Positions 8,953-18,986 of a stretch of 58,875 nucleotides of DNA are shown piece after piece (position 1 is the first letter of the stretch; each line of letters starts with the position of its first letter). The notes beneath the pieces were generated by a model, which did not search any database, was not told the DNA's origin, and saw only the letters and a list, made by a program, of their open reading frames with translations. Made by a program: the position numbers and the translations under genes. The stretch is from Anaerolineales bacterium (GTDB lineage Bacteria > Chloroflexota > Anaerolineae > Anaerolineales > UBA11579), in assembly GCA_016935415.1 (NCBI GenBank), contig JAFGRA010000318.1, positions 1 to 58,875 of the forward strand, written 5' to 3'.

Positions 8953-11000
8953 GGTGTACACGCCAATTTCTCGAACATAGCCGAGGAAGCAATTGATGCT
9001 TCCTCGGTGCTTGTTTCCATCGTTTCGATCTCTCTCCACGCCTGGCAAAGCATCGGTGCAATGTTTTCATTACCGCGCAAAGCCTCCCGAGTAAGCGCCT
9101 GTGCGGTTTCCAAATCGTTTTGGTACGCGTACCCCAGGATGAACGGGATATATTCAGCATAGTTATATGGCGTATCGTACTGCGCCAATGCTTCGTCACC
9201 TAACGCTACCACGCGTTCCCAATCTTCTAACTGCCGGGCCAAATCGGCTTTTTCGAAGTAATAGCACCAATCCGGCGCAAGTTCAGCCCCGAATTGTTTT
9301 TCAGGCAACCGCGCTGGATCATCACTGTCACTAATCACGCCAGCCGGATTTGAAACATTGAGCGCTGCCAAGGAAGGTTCACCCAGTTCGGGGAACTCGC
9401 TATCATAGGCTGGATCAAGCACTCGTAGGCAGTTCGTTGAAGGCGAAAAATACACCACAATTGCCTGAGACATCGAACCATTGAACATATAGTTGCGATA
9501 TTCTTGCTCGATCGCCAACTCCGGTTCAAATTCCGGCAAGAAAATTCCCCACCTAGGCCCAATGTAGCTCAAGAAATACGGCATCTGATAACCTTCCAGA
9601 TCAGGAGCATAGATCCAATTCAACGGGCCGGTCAATGAATTATCCGTGTAATACTTTATTGGCAGCTCTTCTGACATGACGATGGTATCTGGTTCCAGCG
9701 CAGGTGCCCGCCAGGTCAACTGCTGGAAGAAAGCTTTCTGAATCCGCCAATGCAGCAAATAGGACATCCCGGTTTGAAAGTGAAAACCCACTGTAGTCGC
9801 AATGATCGTTGCCAATAGAATATTGCGCGCCACTTTAGGCCGCAGTGCACTGACCAGCGCGCCTAAGAGAATACTCGACCCAAACGCCATCGGTAACATT
9901 CCCCGATCCCAAGGCCAATCCAGGCGAATCGGTAGTTCAGCCATCCAAAAAGAAAGCCCACCGATAAAAAGCGCCGCAATACCCAGTGGGATCACCTGCA
10001 AATACCACCCTTTTGACTGCGTTTTCTGTTCCATCCTTCTACGCAGCCAAAAGAAAAGCAACACGCCAATAAAAGCCGCACCCACCAATAACCAGTTCAA
10101 TATGATCACCCGCGTGCCATAATCTCCAAGATCAGGCCAGCGGAATACCCGCGCCCAAACCGTAACCATCGCTTCGTACACGTCTCCCAGAATGGTTCTT
10201 CGCAAGTACCGGATCGCGTCCGATGGGCTGGCCCGGAAACGCTTCAAGTACATAACTGAGTAGCTGTATTCCTTGGATGCAAAGAATCGCCACACGAACA
10301 CCAATCCGGCAACCAACACATACGGCAAGTAACGCTTTACCGTCGTCCAGGCACGCGGCCAGAAGCGGGCAACCTCATCCTTTACATAGAACCATATAAT
10401 CAACACCCGCAGCAATTCCAGACCGTAGAAATATTCGGTAGAGAGCATAGCCGCGGCCATTAGCGTCACCGCCACAATCGTCCACCCCCATGTTTTCTTT
10501 TCGAATGCTAGCAGCATTGCGTTCAAAGAGAATATGAACAATGCATAATATATGTAATACAGGCTGTAAATCAGGGCAATGCTTTGCTGTGTAAAACCCG
10601 GATAGATCGCGAACAAGCAGGCGATGACCGTGGCTTCTCGCTTCCGATCGGGCCATAATTTACGCAGGAACCACCAGAAAGCCAGCACCATCACCCAGCG
10701 CCAAAACAAGGCATAGATCTGCCAAAAGATCGGTTTTTCGCCAACCAGCGCCGTAGAGATGAAGTACAGCACGCCCGAAAACGGTCTTTGTGGTGCAAAA
10801 CCAATAAAGCTCTCTGGGCCTAAAGCATGCGTATACCAGGCCAGGGGCCAATCATCCCAAAAGAAACCCAACCAGGGAATCAAAACACCGAAACTGATCA
10901 GACATAATAAAAGCAGCGCGAGTGGGATAAGATATTCTTCTTTGAGTAGTTTATTCAAGAAAGCTTTGAAGGTTTCTGTTTGCAAGTAACGATACCTCAA
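8949..11000 (-). CDS. Large polytopic membrane protein, GT-C-like N-terminal domain plus C-terminal soluble TPR-like domain; function unknown
   Basis: About 12 TM helices. First-loop acidic motif FFWDDWPLAW is analogous to the catalytic D/E motifs of GT-C enzymes. The C-terminal 250 aa are hydrophilic and end in helical repeat-like sequence. Confidence 0.5.
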   Translation of the reverse strand: MRYRYLQTETFKAFLNKLLKEEYLIPLALLLLCLISFGVLIPWLGFFWDDWPLAWYTHALGPESFIGFAPQRPFSGVLYFISTALVGEKPIFWQIYALFWRWVMVLAFWWFLRKLWPDRKREATVIACLFAIYPGFTQQSIALIYSLYYIYYALFIFSLNAMLLAFEKKTWGWTIVAVTLMAAAMLSTEYFYGLELLRVLIIWFYVKDEVARFWPRAWTTVKRYLPYVLVAGLVFVWRFFASKEYSYSVMYLKRFRASPSDAIRYLRRTILGDVYEAMVTVWARVFRWPDLGDYGTRVIILNWLLVGAAFIGVLLFFWLRRRMEQKTQSKGWYLQVIPLGIAALFIGGLSFWMAELPIRLDWPWDRGMLPMAFGSSILLGALVSALRPKVARNILLATIIATTVGFHFQTGMSYLLHWRIQKAFFQQLTWRAPALEPDTIVMSEELPIKYYTDNSLTGPLNWIYAPDLEGYQMPYFLSYIGPRWGIFLPEFEPELAIEQEYRNYMFNGSMSQAIVVYFSPSTNCLRVLDPAYDSEFPELGEPSLAALNVSNPAGVISDSDDPARLPEKQFGAELAPDWCYYFEKADLARQLEDWERVVALGDEALAQYDTPYNYAEYIPFILGYAYQNDLETAQALTREALRGNENIAPMLCQAWREIETMETSTEEASIASSAMFEKLACTP

Positions 11001-11129
11001 CGAGTAATCATAGCAAAATGTCCGTAAAGTCTAACACAAAATTCAGGTAACCCAAATCCATCCACGGAATGGTCAGTGTATAATGACTTCCCGACTCCAA
11101 CACTTACTCTGGCAGGCAAAGGCGATGAA

Positions 11130-11900
11130 ATGAACGTTTTAGAAAGTTTCAAACTTAATGACCGGGTTGCTTTGATCACTGGCGGCAACCGTGGCTTGGG
11201 AAAAGCAATTGCCCGTGCGCTGGCAGAAGCCGGTGGGCGCGTCGCGCTGACCAGCAGGGATACAGCGCGCGCCCAGGCTGCCGCAGCTGAGATCGCCGCG
11301 GATACCAGACAGATGTGCCAGGGATACGCTTGTGACGTAACCGATCCTCAATCAGTAAAAACCGTCGTCTCCCAGGTTGCGAATGATTTCGGGCAGATCG
11401 ATATCTTGGTCAACAATGCCGGAATCAACATCCGGGGCGCGATTGACACTTTATCGCTAGAAGAATTCAAGGCTGTACAAGATGCTAACGTAACCGGAGT
11501 CTGGTTGATGTGCCGGGCGGTTGGGCCTTACTTCAAAACCCAGCAATACGGGCGCGTCATCAATATGGGTTCGATCCTATCCCTGGTCTCCATGCCAGAT
11601 CGCACACCCTATTCCACAAGTAAAGGTGCCGTGCTGCAAATGACTCGCGCCCTGGCACTGGAGTGGGCATCCTTTGGCATCACCGTCAACGCCATCCTGC
11701 CGGGCCCATTCGGCACCGATATGAACCAATCATTACTGGACGATCCTGAAAAATATCAGGCCTTTGTCTCTAGAATCCCCTTAGGCCGTTGGGGAGAACT
11801 CAATGAAATCGGCGGGTTGGCCGTTTTCTTGGCCAGTAACGCATCCAGTTTCGTCACCGGAGCTGGGATTCTGATCGATGGGGGCTGGGCCGCACAGTAA
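11130..11900 (+). CDS. SDR-family oxidoreductase (gluconate 5-dehydrogenase/3-oxoacyl-ACP-reductase-like)
   Basis: ALITGGNRGLGKAIA (TGxxxGxG), NNAG, and catalytic S...YSTSKGAV (YxxxK). Start moved to the MNVLESF methionine, because the upstream 18 codons of the track ORF lack similarity to SDR N-termini. Confidence 0.8.
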   Translation: MNVLESFKLNDRVALITGGNRGLGKAIARALAEAGGRVALTSRDTARAQAAAAEIAADTRQMCQGYACDVTDPQSVKTVVSQVANDFGQIDILVNNAGINIRGAIDTLSLEEFKAVQDANVTGVWLMCRAVGPYFKTQQYGRVINMGSILSLVSMPDRTPYSTSKGAVLQMTRALALEWASFGITVNAILPGPFGTDMNQSLLDDPEKYQAFVSRIPLGRWGELNEIGGLAVFLASNASSFVTGAGILIDGGWAAQ

Positions 11901-12019
11901 ACTGATTATAAATCCCATAGAAAAAACCTGTCACCTAAGGGTTATTCAATCAGAGATTTTCCCTACAATTATGCCCCAAACATAAAGCTTAAGCACAGAT
12001 TAAGGTGCTTTAGCGATGC

Positions 12020-12048
12020 TTGACGGGTCTATTTGGGAGTGTTATCAT
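12020..12048 (+). promoter_or_regulatory. Sigma-70-type promoter for the first LysM-M23 peptidase gene
   Basis: TTGACG (12020-12025), 17-nt spacer, TATCAT (12043-12048). The TTG used as the ORF-track start is the -35 element itself, which argues for the downstream ATG at 12068. Confidence 0.4.
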
Positions 12049-12067
12049 CGCGGTTGGAGCGTATTTC

Positions 12068-13282
12068 ATGGAAAACGATTCGGAAAAAGAAAAAAATCAA
12101 ACTAATCAGCAAGCAGAACAGGCTACATCTGAAGAAAAATCCCCTCGAAGATTTGCTCTCTCACCAAATCTTACCCGCTACGGCACGATTGGCCTGATCG
12201 CCATCTTGCTCGTCGGTCTGGGGCTGACTGTACGCAAAGTCTTTTTTACTAATACCGCTACAAACCCAGAAGATCTGCAAGCCACTGCGCAAGCAATGGC
12301 TGCCGCCACGCTCAATCCTGGCGCTGAAAGTGAAGCGATATCACAATCTTCTTCAGCAGGCTTGGCTATGCCAGCCTACGTTGTCCCCGATAAAAATCTT
12401 TCGGATGGCATCGAGCGCGAACTGGATATGGATACTATTATCCCCAGCCGCGAACGCGTCGATGTGGCCACCTATGAAGTCGAACAGGGCGACAATATTT
12501 TTGCAATTGCCGATCAATACGGGCTACAGCCCGAATCGATTTTATGGGGCAATGAAGCAGTCTTGAAAGACGATCCGCGTCTGATCTCTCCCGGTCAACT
12601 GCTCAATATCCTACCCATTGACGGCGTTTACTATGAATATGAAGAAGGCAAAACGCTGCGCCAGATCGCGCAAGAATTCGAAGTTGAACCGGAAGCCATC
12701 GTTGAATGGCCCGGCAATCATCTCGACCCCTACGAAACCGACCTAGATACCCCCCTCCTGGCAGCTGCTGGCAGCCACCTCATCATCCCTGGCGGCGTAA
12801 GCGAAATTACCGACTGGGGTCCCCCGGCTATTTCACGCGCCAACCCGGCTGTCGCCGCTTACTATGGCGCTGGGTCTTGCGGTCAGATCTACGAAGGCCC
12901 GATCGGCAATGGGACATTTGTCTGGCCTACCACAGAAACCTTCCTTTCCGGCTACGATTACGATCCAGCCATTCACCCTGCCATCGATATTGCTGGGAGT
13001 ATTGGCAATGCGATCTACGCCACGGATAGCGGCGTGGTCGTTTATGCTGGGTGGAGTGAGTATGGGTATGGCTACATGATTGTCATTGACCACGGTAACG
13101 GTTGGCAATCTGCCTATGCCCACTTGAATTCCGTTGGCGTAGGCTGTGGGCAGAGCGTTTACCAGGGACAGGTCATCGGTGGTCTAGGTACATCCGGCAA
13201 TTCTTCCGGCCCTCACTTGCACCTTGAATTACGCAGTGAGATCTACGGCAAGGTAAATCCCTGGAACTACCTGATTCCTTGA
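12068..13282 (+). CDS. Membrane-anchored LysM-domain M23 metallopeptidase (peptidoglycan endopeptidase-like)
   Basis: TM anchor (GTIGLIAILLVGLGL). Two LysM-like segments (YEVEQGDNIFAIADQYG, YEEGKTLRQIAQEF). M23 motifs HPAIDIAG and GNSSGPHLHLELR (HxxxD and HxH zinc ligands). Confidence 0.85.
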   Translation: MENDSEKEKNQTNQQAEQATSEEKSPRRFALSPNLTRYGTIGLIAILLVGLGLTVRKVFFTNTATNPEDLQATAQAMAAATLNPGAESEAISQSSSAGLAMPAYVVPDKNLSDGIERELDMDTIIPSRERVDVATYEVEQGDNIFAIADQYGLQPESILWGNEAVLKDDPRLISPGQLLNILPIDGVYYEYEEGKTLRQIAQEFEVEPEAIVEWPGNHLDPYETDLDTPLLAAAGSHLIIPGGVSEITDWGPPAISRANPAVAAYYGAGSCGQIYEGPIGNGTFVWPTTETFLSGYDYDPAIHPAIDIAGSIGNAIYATDSGVVVYAGWSEYGYGYMIVIDHGNGWQSAYAHLNSVGVGCGQSVYQGQVIGGLGTSGNSSGPHLHLELRSEIYGKVNPWNYLIP

Positions 13283-13331
13283 TCCACACCACTTTCTCCA
13301 ATAACGATTGCGCTAGAAAATCGGATATCTG

Positions 13332-14573
13332 ATGGCTGAAAATCCCCTTGGAGATACCCGCTTGAATCCAAAAGCGCCAAAGTCCGAACCACCTGCCGAT
13401 AAAGAACCAGCAGATGACCGGACCAATCGCTTTATTGAACTGTGGCAGCGCATCAGCAACTTAGGCCTAGGCGAACCAGTTCTGCGTGCCAGCACGCACA
13501 TCCTCATGTTGATTATCGTCGCCATTGTGATTTTTGCAATGCGCGCTTTCTACACTAACGTAGAGCGAGCTAACCAGGCCGATATCCGCGCCACCGCCCA
13601 GGCAATCGCTATGCCTACGATCAACCCCAACGGCGAAGGAGCATTGTCCGTTGCTGCAATGCCCGCTTACGTTCCCCCTGAAACCAGGTTTTCCGACGGC
13701 ATCCCCCGTTTTGCGCTGGCTGATACAGATATCCCCAGCCGTGAACGCGTCGAGGTTGTCAAATATACTGTACAATCCGGCGATAACATATTTGACATCG
13801 CCGAGAAATACAACCTGGAACCAGAAACTCTGCTATGGGGGAATTACGAAACGCTCCAGGACAATCCCCAATTCATCGCTCCTGGGCAAGAACTCAATAT
13901 CCTACCGACCAATGGCGTCTATTACCAATGGAACGCAGGAGAAAATCTCCAGAAGGTAGCCGAATTCTTTGGCGTCACCCCGGATGCGATCGTGGAATGG
14001 CCTGGCAACCATTTAGACACCTACGAAATAAACGTAGAGAATCCTCCTATTGCTGATGGCACCTGGCTGATTATCCCAGGTGGGTCGCGCGAAGTACGTG
14101 ATTGGGGACCGCCGGTCATCCCGCGCACAGACCCGGCTTCTGCGGCCTATTACGGCACCGGTCACTGTGGTGAAATCTACGAAGGCATTATCGGTACCGG
14201 CGGATTCATCTGGCCGACCACACAGACCGCCATTTCTGGTTACGACTACAATCCAAACGTCCACCCTGCGATCGATATCGCCGGGAGCGAGGGTAATGCG
14301 GTATTCGCATCAGACGGCGGCGTGGTCGTGTTCGCAGGCGAATCCAGTTTCGGCTACGGCAATCTAATCGTGATCGACCATGGCACCGGTTGGCAGTCCG
14401 CCTACGCTCACCTGCAAACCGTCAATGTACTCTGCGGGCAAAGCGTCACCCAGGGCACAGTGATCGGCACAGTTGGCAATACCGGCAACTCATACGGTGC
14501 ACACCTGCACTTCGAACTGCGCAGTGACCTCTACGGTAAAATCAATCCGCTCGATTACCTGATTGCACCATAA
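13332..14573 (+). CDS. Membrane-anchored LysM-domain M23 metallopeptidase, tandem paralogue of the preceding gene
   Basis: Same architecture and collinear similarity over about 300 aa (AMPAYVPPE..., HPAIDIAG, GNSYGAHLHFELR). Confidence 0.85.
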   Translation: MAENPLGDTRLNPKAPKSEPPADKEPADDRTNRFIELWQRISNLGLGEPVLRASTHILMLIIVAIVIFAMRAFYTNVERANQADIRATAQAIAMPTINPNGEGALSVAAMPAYVPPETRFSDGIPRFALADTDIPSRERVEVVKYTVQSGDNIFDIAEKYNLEPETLLWGNYETLQDNPQFIAPGQELNILPTNGVYYQWNAGENLQKVAEFFGVTPDAIVEWPGNHLDTYEINVENPPIADGTWLIIPGGSREVRDWGPPVIPRTDPASAAYYGTGHCGEIYEGIIGTGGFIWPTTQTAISGYDYNPNVHPAIDIAGSEGNAVFASDGGVVVFAGESSFGYGNLIVIDHGTGWQSAYAHLQTVNVLCGQSVTQGTVIGTVGNTGNSYGAHLHFELRSDLYGKINPLDYLIAP

Positions 14574-14582
14574 TTATTAATC

Positions 14583-14630
14583 TTCACATAGTGTCACCAG
14601 AGTTCAAAGCCAGTCTTTTTGCGATATAAT
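14583..14630 (+). promoter_or_regulatory. Candidate Pho-regulated promoter of pstSCAB
   Basis: Three direct hexamers at exactly 10-bp spacing: TTCACA (14583), GTCACC (14593), TTCAAA (14603). The last one occupies the -35 position. After a 16-nt spacer comes a consensus TATAAT (14625-14630). Confidence 0.4.
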
Positions 14631-14659
14631 TTCCCCTAGTGAAGAGAAAGAAAAACTTA

Positions 14660-15547
14660 ATGCATTTCCGTACTATCGCGCTGATCGGCGCGGTACTATT
14701 ACTATTCGCGTGTAATAGTCAAAGCAGCATATCAGGGGATAGTTCAACGTCTCTCCAGCAAGAAACTTACATCGAAAATAAAGGTTCCGACACCATCGTC
14801 AACCTGGCACTGGCCTGGGCTGAAGCCTATCAAAGTCAACATCCCAATATCAGCATCTCGGTCACCGGCGGCGGTTCCGGTACCGGCATTGCCGCCTTGA
14901 TCAACAACACTGTCGATATCGCCAATGCCTCGCGCCAGATCAAAACCGAAGAAATCGAGAAAGCCCTGGAGAACGGCAGCGAACCCAACGAGATTGTGAT
15001 TGCCCGCGATGCAATTGCGGTGATTGTCAATCCTGAGAACCCTGTCGACCGCTTGACCTTACAGCAGGTTTCAGATATTTATAGTGGCAAGATCGAATAC
15101 TGGTCTGAGGTCGGTGGTGAAGATCGTCCCATCGTGCGCCTTTCACGCGAAACCAACTCGGGCACACATGTTTATTTCCTCGAAGAAGTCCTCAGGTTGG
15201 GCGACCCCGACAACCAGACGCTGTTCACCCCTAATACACTGTTACTCCCTTCCTCAGAAGGCATCACCGCTGAAGTCCGCCAGAACCCCAACGCAATCGG
15301 CTATGATGGCCTGGGCTACATCACTGAAGAAGAAAAGGTGTTAGCTATTGCCAGAAATACAGACAGTGAATACATTTACCCATCCGTAGAAACAGTAAAC
15401 AACGAGCAGTACCCCATTGCCCGCGACCTCTATATGTACACCAACGGCGAGCCGCAAGGTGACATTCAAACCTATCTCGAATGGATCCTATCCTCGGAAG
15501 CGCAGAAAATCGTGGCAGAACTGGGTTTCGTGCCTATCTCCCCATAA
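14660..15547 (+). CDS. pstS: Phosphate ABC transporter substrate-binding lipoprotein PstS
   Basis: Lipoprotein signal (IALIGAVLLLFAC). KGSDTIVNLALAWAEAY and VTGGGSGTGIAAL motifs of the PstS family. First gene of pstSCAB. ATG at 14660 is preferred because the TATAAT box ends at 14630. The ORF-track GTG at 14639 (MKRKKNL...) remains possible. Confidence 0.85.
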   Translation: MHFRTIALIGAVLLLFACNSQSSISGDSSTSLQQETYIENKGSDTIVNLALAWAEAYQSQHPNISISVTGGGSGTGIAALINNTVDIANASRQIKTEEIEKALENGSEPNEIVIARDAIAVIVNPENPVDRLTLQQVSDIYSGKIEYWSEVGGEDRPIVRLSRETNSGTHVYFLEEVLRLGDPDNQTLFTPNTLLLPSSEGITAEVRQNPNAIGYDGLGYITEEEKVLAIARNTDSEYIYPSVETVNNEQYPIARDLYMYTNGEPQGDIQTYLEWILSSEAQKIVAELGFVPISP

Positions 15548-15554
15548 GGCTTCT

Positions 15555-16463
15555 ATGCAAACTACCGCAAAACCCAAATTGAAGTGGCAAGAATTTTTCA
15601 TAACCAGGTTGGTCAAAGCAGCTGGGTATTCAGCAATTCTATTTGTATTTTTGATCTTCTATTTCCTGCTTGGGCAAGGATTACCTACGCTGGGTGAAGT
15701 TTCCTTTGGAAACCTGTTCAGCACACGCTGGTACCCCATCGAGGAATATTTTGGTATCCTGCCACTCATTGGCGGGTCAATCATCGTCACCGTTGGCGCG
15801 ACGTTGATCGCCGTTCCGCTGGGTCTGGGCACAGCAATTTACATTGCCGAGATCGCACCGCGCTGGACACGCGAGATATTGAAACCGCTTGTTGAAATCC
15901 TGGCCGGGCTACCTTCTGTGGTGCTGGGTTTTTTGGGCATCGTCGCCATCTCTCCGCTCATCCGCAATCTTTTCAACCTACCAACCGGCCTCTCGGCGTT
16001 AACCGGCGCGTTATTGTTAGGCGCGATCTCAATTCCCACAATCGTATCCGTCGCCGAGGACGCCCTGGATGCCGTCCCGCAGCGCTATCGCCAAGCCGCG
16101 CTGGCCCTTGGCGCCACCGAGTGGCAAACGATCTGGCGAGTCACCCTGCCTGCCGCGCGCTCCGGTGTGGTTACTGCAATCATGCTGGGTATTGCCCGCT
16201 CGATTGGCGAAACCATGACAGTAATGATGGTCACCGGCAATGCCCCCGTCATGCCCATTTCACCGGGAGCCATCTTCGCGCCCGTGCGCACCATGACGGC
16301 GACGATTGCGGCCGAAATGGGCGAAGTCGCTAACGGCAGCACGCATTATCACGTCTTATTCTTCATCGGAATCGTATTGTTCACCATTTCTATGATCGTC
16401 AATATTACTGCTTCCGCCATTGTTTTCCGGCAAATTAAACGAGAGGATCGCTTGCTATCATGA
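15555..16463 (+). CDS. pstC: Phosphate ABC transporter permease PstC
   Basis: Six-TM BPD_transp_1 permease with the EAA-like loop (AALALGATEWQTIWRVTLPAA). Start set at ATG 15555 (MQTTAKPK) just after the pstS stop. The track ORF start at 15417 lies inside pstS. Confidence 0.85.
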   Translation: MQTTAKPKLKWQEFFITRLVKAAGYSAILFVFLIFYFLLGQGLPTLGEVSFGNLFSTRWYPIEEYFGILPLIGGSIIVTVGATLIAVPLGLGTAIYIAEIAPRWTREILKPLVEILAGLPSVVLGFLGIVAISPLIRNLFNLPTGLSALTGALLLGAISIPTIVSVAEDALDAVPQRYRQAALALGATEWQTIWRVTLPAARSGVVTAIMLGIARSIGETMTVMMVTGNAPVMPISPGAIFAPVRTMTATIAAEMGEVANGSTHYHVLFFIGIVLFTISMIVNITASAIVFRQIKREDRLLS

Positions 16464-17326
16464 ATGCATCCAAATCGGTCGTATCTCGACGGCGAAGCCA
16501 GAAGATCGCCTACACGATCCTCACCCTGATCGCTATCGTAACAGTCACTCCGATCATCTTAGTGGTTGGATATATCGTCTGGCAAGGCTTCCCGGCGTTT
16601 TCGTGGGAATTCATCACCGGCTTCCCCAGTGACGGCATGCGCGCCGGGGGCATCCTACCGGCACTGCTTGGAACACTCTACCTGACATTGGGTACGGCCA
16701 TTTTCGCGGTTCCCTTGGGTATCAGTGCTGCCATCTACCTATCCGAATATGCCCCAGATACACGCTGGACACGCACAATTCGCATCGCCATTATCAACCT
16801 GGCCGGAATTCCTTCGGTGGTTTACGGACTGTTCGGGTTAGGACTATTCGTTTTGTTCCTCAACTTTGGCACCAGTATCCTGGCCGGTTCCCTGACTCTG
16901 GCGATCATGACCCTGCCGATCATCATCAGCACCACCGAAGAAGCCCTACGCGCCGTACCTCACTCTTTCCGCATCGTCAGCGTATCGGTGGGCGGAACCA
17001 AGTGGCAGACCATCCGCCGCATCGTACTGCCTCAGGCCCTGCCCGGCATTATCACCGGTGTGATCCTCGGCCTGGAGCGCGCCGCCGGTGAGACCGCCCC
17101 AATCCTGTTCACTGTTGCAGCCTTCTTCCTCCCCCGCTTGCCAGACTCACCATTCGACGCCACCATGGCGCTGCCTTATCATCTTTTCGTGATCTCCACC
17201 CAAGTTCCTGGGATGCCGATCAAAATTCAGTTCGGCACCGCCCTGGTCTTATTGATTTTTGTACTGTCAATGAACATCACCGCTACTATCATTCGTTCCA
17301 GAGCAAGGGCTAAAAGAGAATGGTAA
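16460..17326 (+). CDS. pstA: Phosphate ABC transporter permease PstA
   Basis: ATGA overlap with pstC. Permease with SVSVGGTKWQTIRRIVLPQALPGI EAA loop. Confidence 0.85.
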   Translation: MNASKSVVSRRRSQKIAYTILTLIAIVTVTPIILVVGYIVWQGFPAFSWEFITGFPSDGMRAGGILPALLGTLYLTLGTAIFAVPLGISAAIYLSEYAPDTRWTRTIRIAIINLAGIPSVVYGLFGLGLFVLFLNFGTSILAGSLTLAIMTLPIIISTTEEALRAVPHSFRIVSVSVGGTKWQTIRRIVLPQALPGIITGVILGLERAAGETAPILFTVAAFFLPRLPDSPFDATMALPYHLFVISTQVPGMPIKIQFGTALVLLIFVLSMNITATIIRSRARAKREW

Positions 17327-18096
17327 CGCCACCCGGAACCGCGGATAAGATCGACGTCCGCGACGTCACTTTGCATTACTCGGATGGCACCGAGTCGCTG
17401 CGGAATATTAACGTAAAGTTCAAGACCAACGCCATCAATGTACTCTTTGGCCCGGCGGGTGGCGGCAAGTCCAGCTTGTTGCGCCTGTTCAACCGCCTCA
17501 ATGATCTGGCCGACGTGGTTAAAATGCAAGGCGAAGTACTCCTCGATGGCGAAAACATTCTCAGTTCAAAGACAGATATCAACGAACTGCGCCGGCGAGT
17601 CGGCATGGTCTTTGCCCAACCCATCGCGCTACCGATGAGCATCCGCGATAACCTGACCTACGGCCTGAAACTTGCCGGAGAAAAGCGCCAGGCAGTACTC
17701 GACGAAGCTGTAGAATCTAGCTTGAAGCAAGCTGCCATTTGGGATGAGGTCAAAGACCGCCTGGATACTTCCGCCAACGCCCTCTCCGGCGGCCAGCGGC
17801 AGCGCGTTTGTCTGGCGCGAACCCTCGCCCTACATCCCGAAGTTATCCTGCTCGACGAACCAACTTCCGGCCTTGACCCGGTTTCCACCGGTAAGGTAGA
17901 AGAGTCTCTCCAGGTTCTGAAAGAGAAATACACCATTATCCTGGTCCCTCATTCCGTCCAACAAGCCGCCCGCACCGCCGATTATGCCGCCTTCATGCTG
18001 CAAGGCGAAATGATCGAGTGGGCACCGGGGAAAGAGATTTTCATCAACCCTCAGGATGAGCGCACAGAAGATTACGTTTTAGGACGGTTTGGCTAA
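17320..18096 (+). CDS. pstB: Phosphate ABC transporter ATP-binding protein PstB
   Basis: Walker A GPAGGGKSS, signature LSGGQRQR, Walker B ILLDEPTSGLD. 7-nt overlap with pstA. Confidence 0.9.
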   Translation: MVTPPGTADKIDVRDVTLHYSDGTESLRNINVKFKTNAINVLFGPAGGGKSSLLRLFNRLNDLADVVKMQGEVLLDGENILSSKTDINELRRRVGMVFAQPIALPMSIRDNLTYGLKLAGEKRQAVLDEAVESSLKQAAIWDEVKDRLDTSANALSGGQRQRVCLARTLALHPEVILLDEPTSGLDPVSTGKVEESLQVLKEKYTIILVPHSVQQAARTADYAAFMLQGEMIEWAPGKEIFINPQDERTEDYVLGRFG

Positions 18097-18178
18097 GCAC
18101 CGCCATCACTTTTCCCGTTCAGATGTGTTTTATAAGGTGAATTATTTGATCTTGTGCTTATGAGTTGAGGAGGTAGAA

Positions 18179-18976
18179 ATGGAACGCGCACGTATTCTTT
18201 GGGGGCTGGGATTGATCCTGATCGGTGGTTTCCTGTTATCACTCACCCTCGGCTGGATTCCTGAACTATCGGACAGCGCCTGGGCGGTGGTCTTCGCCAT
18301 CATCAGCCTGCTTTTGTTCATCAACTATTTCACTGTCGGTTTTAGGCAATGGGGTTGGCTCTTTCCGGCTACCACTACCGGATCGATTGCTGCCATCATC
18401 TGGCTCAGTTCGACCACGCTCGAAGGCGAATGGCTGGGGGCGCTGTTCTTGTTTTCGGTATCCATTCCGTTCTGGGTAGCATACATTTCCAATCGTAGTG
18501 CGAACTGGTGGGCGCTCATCCCCGGCGGCGTGTTATTGGCGCTTTCGTTGATCCCCTTATTGCTCGTCGAAGCCTTCAGTGGCGAAATGTTTGGTGCAGT
18601 CTTTATGGCCGCCATTGGTTTGGTCTTTCTCCTCGTTTATCTGACCCGGCGAGAGCAGTGGTGGGCCATTATTCCGGCCGGGACTACGCTGACGATTGGC
18701 ATAGTTGTGGCGCTCTCTACACTGCAATTCAACAGTACTTTCTCCGAAGCCATCATCGGTGGGGCATTCTTCGCAGGCCTGGCGCTGACCTTCGGCGTGT
18801 TGTGGCTTTTACGAGGACAGTATGATACCGAATGGGCCAAATACCCTGGCATCGCATTAGCTGCCGTAGCCCTCATCTCCCTGGTTGCGGGCACCAACGC
18901 CAACCTGGCTTTCCCCATCCTACTGGTTGGGGGTGGTTTGTGGCTGCTGATTCGCAACCTCCGGCGGGCGAATTAA
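18179..18976 (+). CDS. Hypothetical polytopic membrane protein (about 8 TM helices)
   Basis: Uniformly hydrophobic helices with W-rich boundaries. No catalytic motif recognised. phoU is not found here after pstB. Confidence 0.45.
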   Translation: MERARILWGLGLILIGGFLLSLTLGWIPELSDSAWAVVFAIISLLLFINYFTVGFRQWGWLFPATTTGSIAAIIWLSSTTLEGEWLGALFLFSVSIPFWVAYISNRSANWWALIPGGVLLALSLIPLLLVEAFSGEMFGAVFMAAIGLVFLLVYLTRREQWWAIIPAGTTLTIGIVVALSTLQFNSTFSEAIIGGAFFAGLALTFGVLWLLRGQYDTEWAKYPGIALAAVALISLVAGTNANLAFPILLVGGGLWLLIRNLRRAN

Positions 18977-18986
18977 GCCCAAAAAC

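Noticed and set aside
12020-12067. TTG start (ORF track) for the first M23 peptidase
   Set aside because: The TTG is part of a TTGACG -35 box with a TATCAT -10 box 17 nt downstream. The ATG at 12068, preceded by GGAG, is more plausible.
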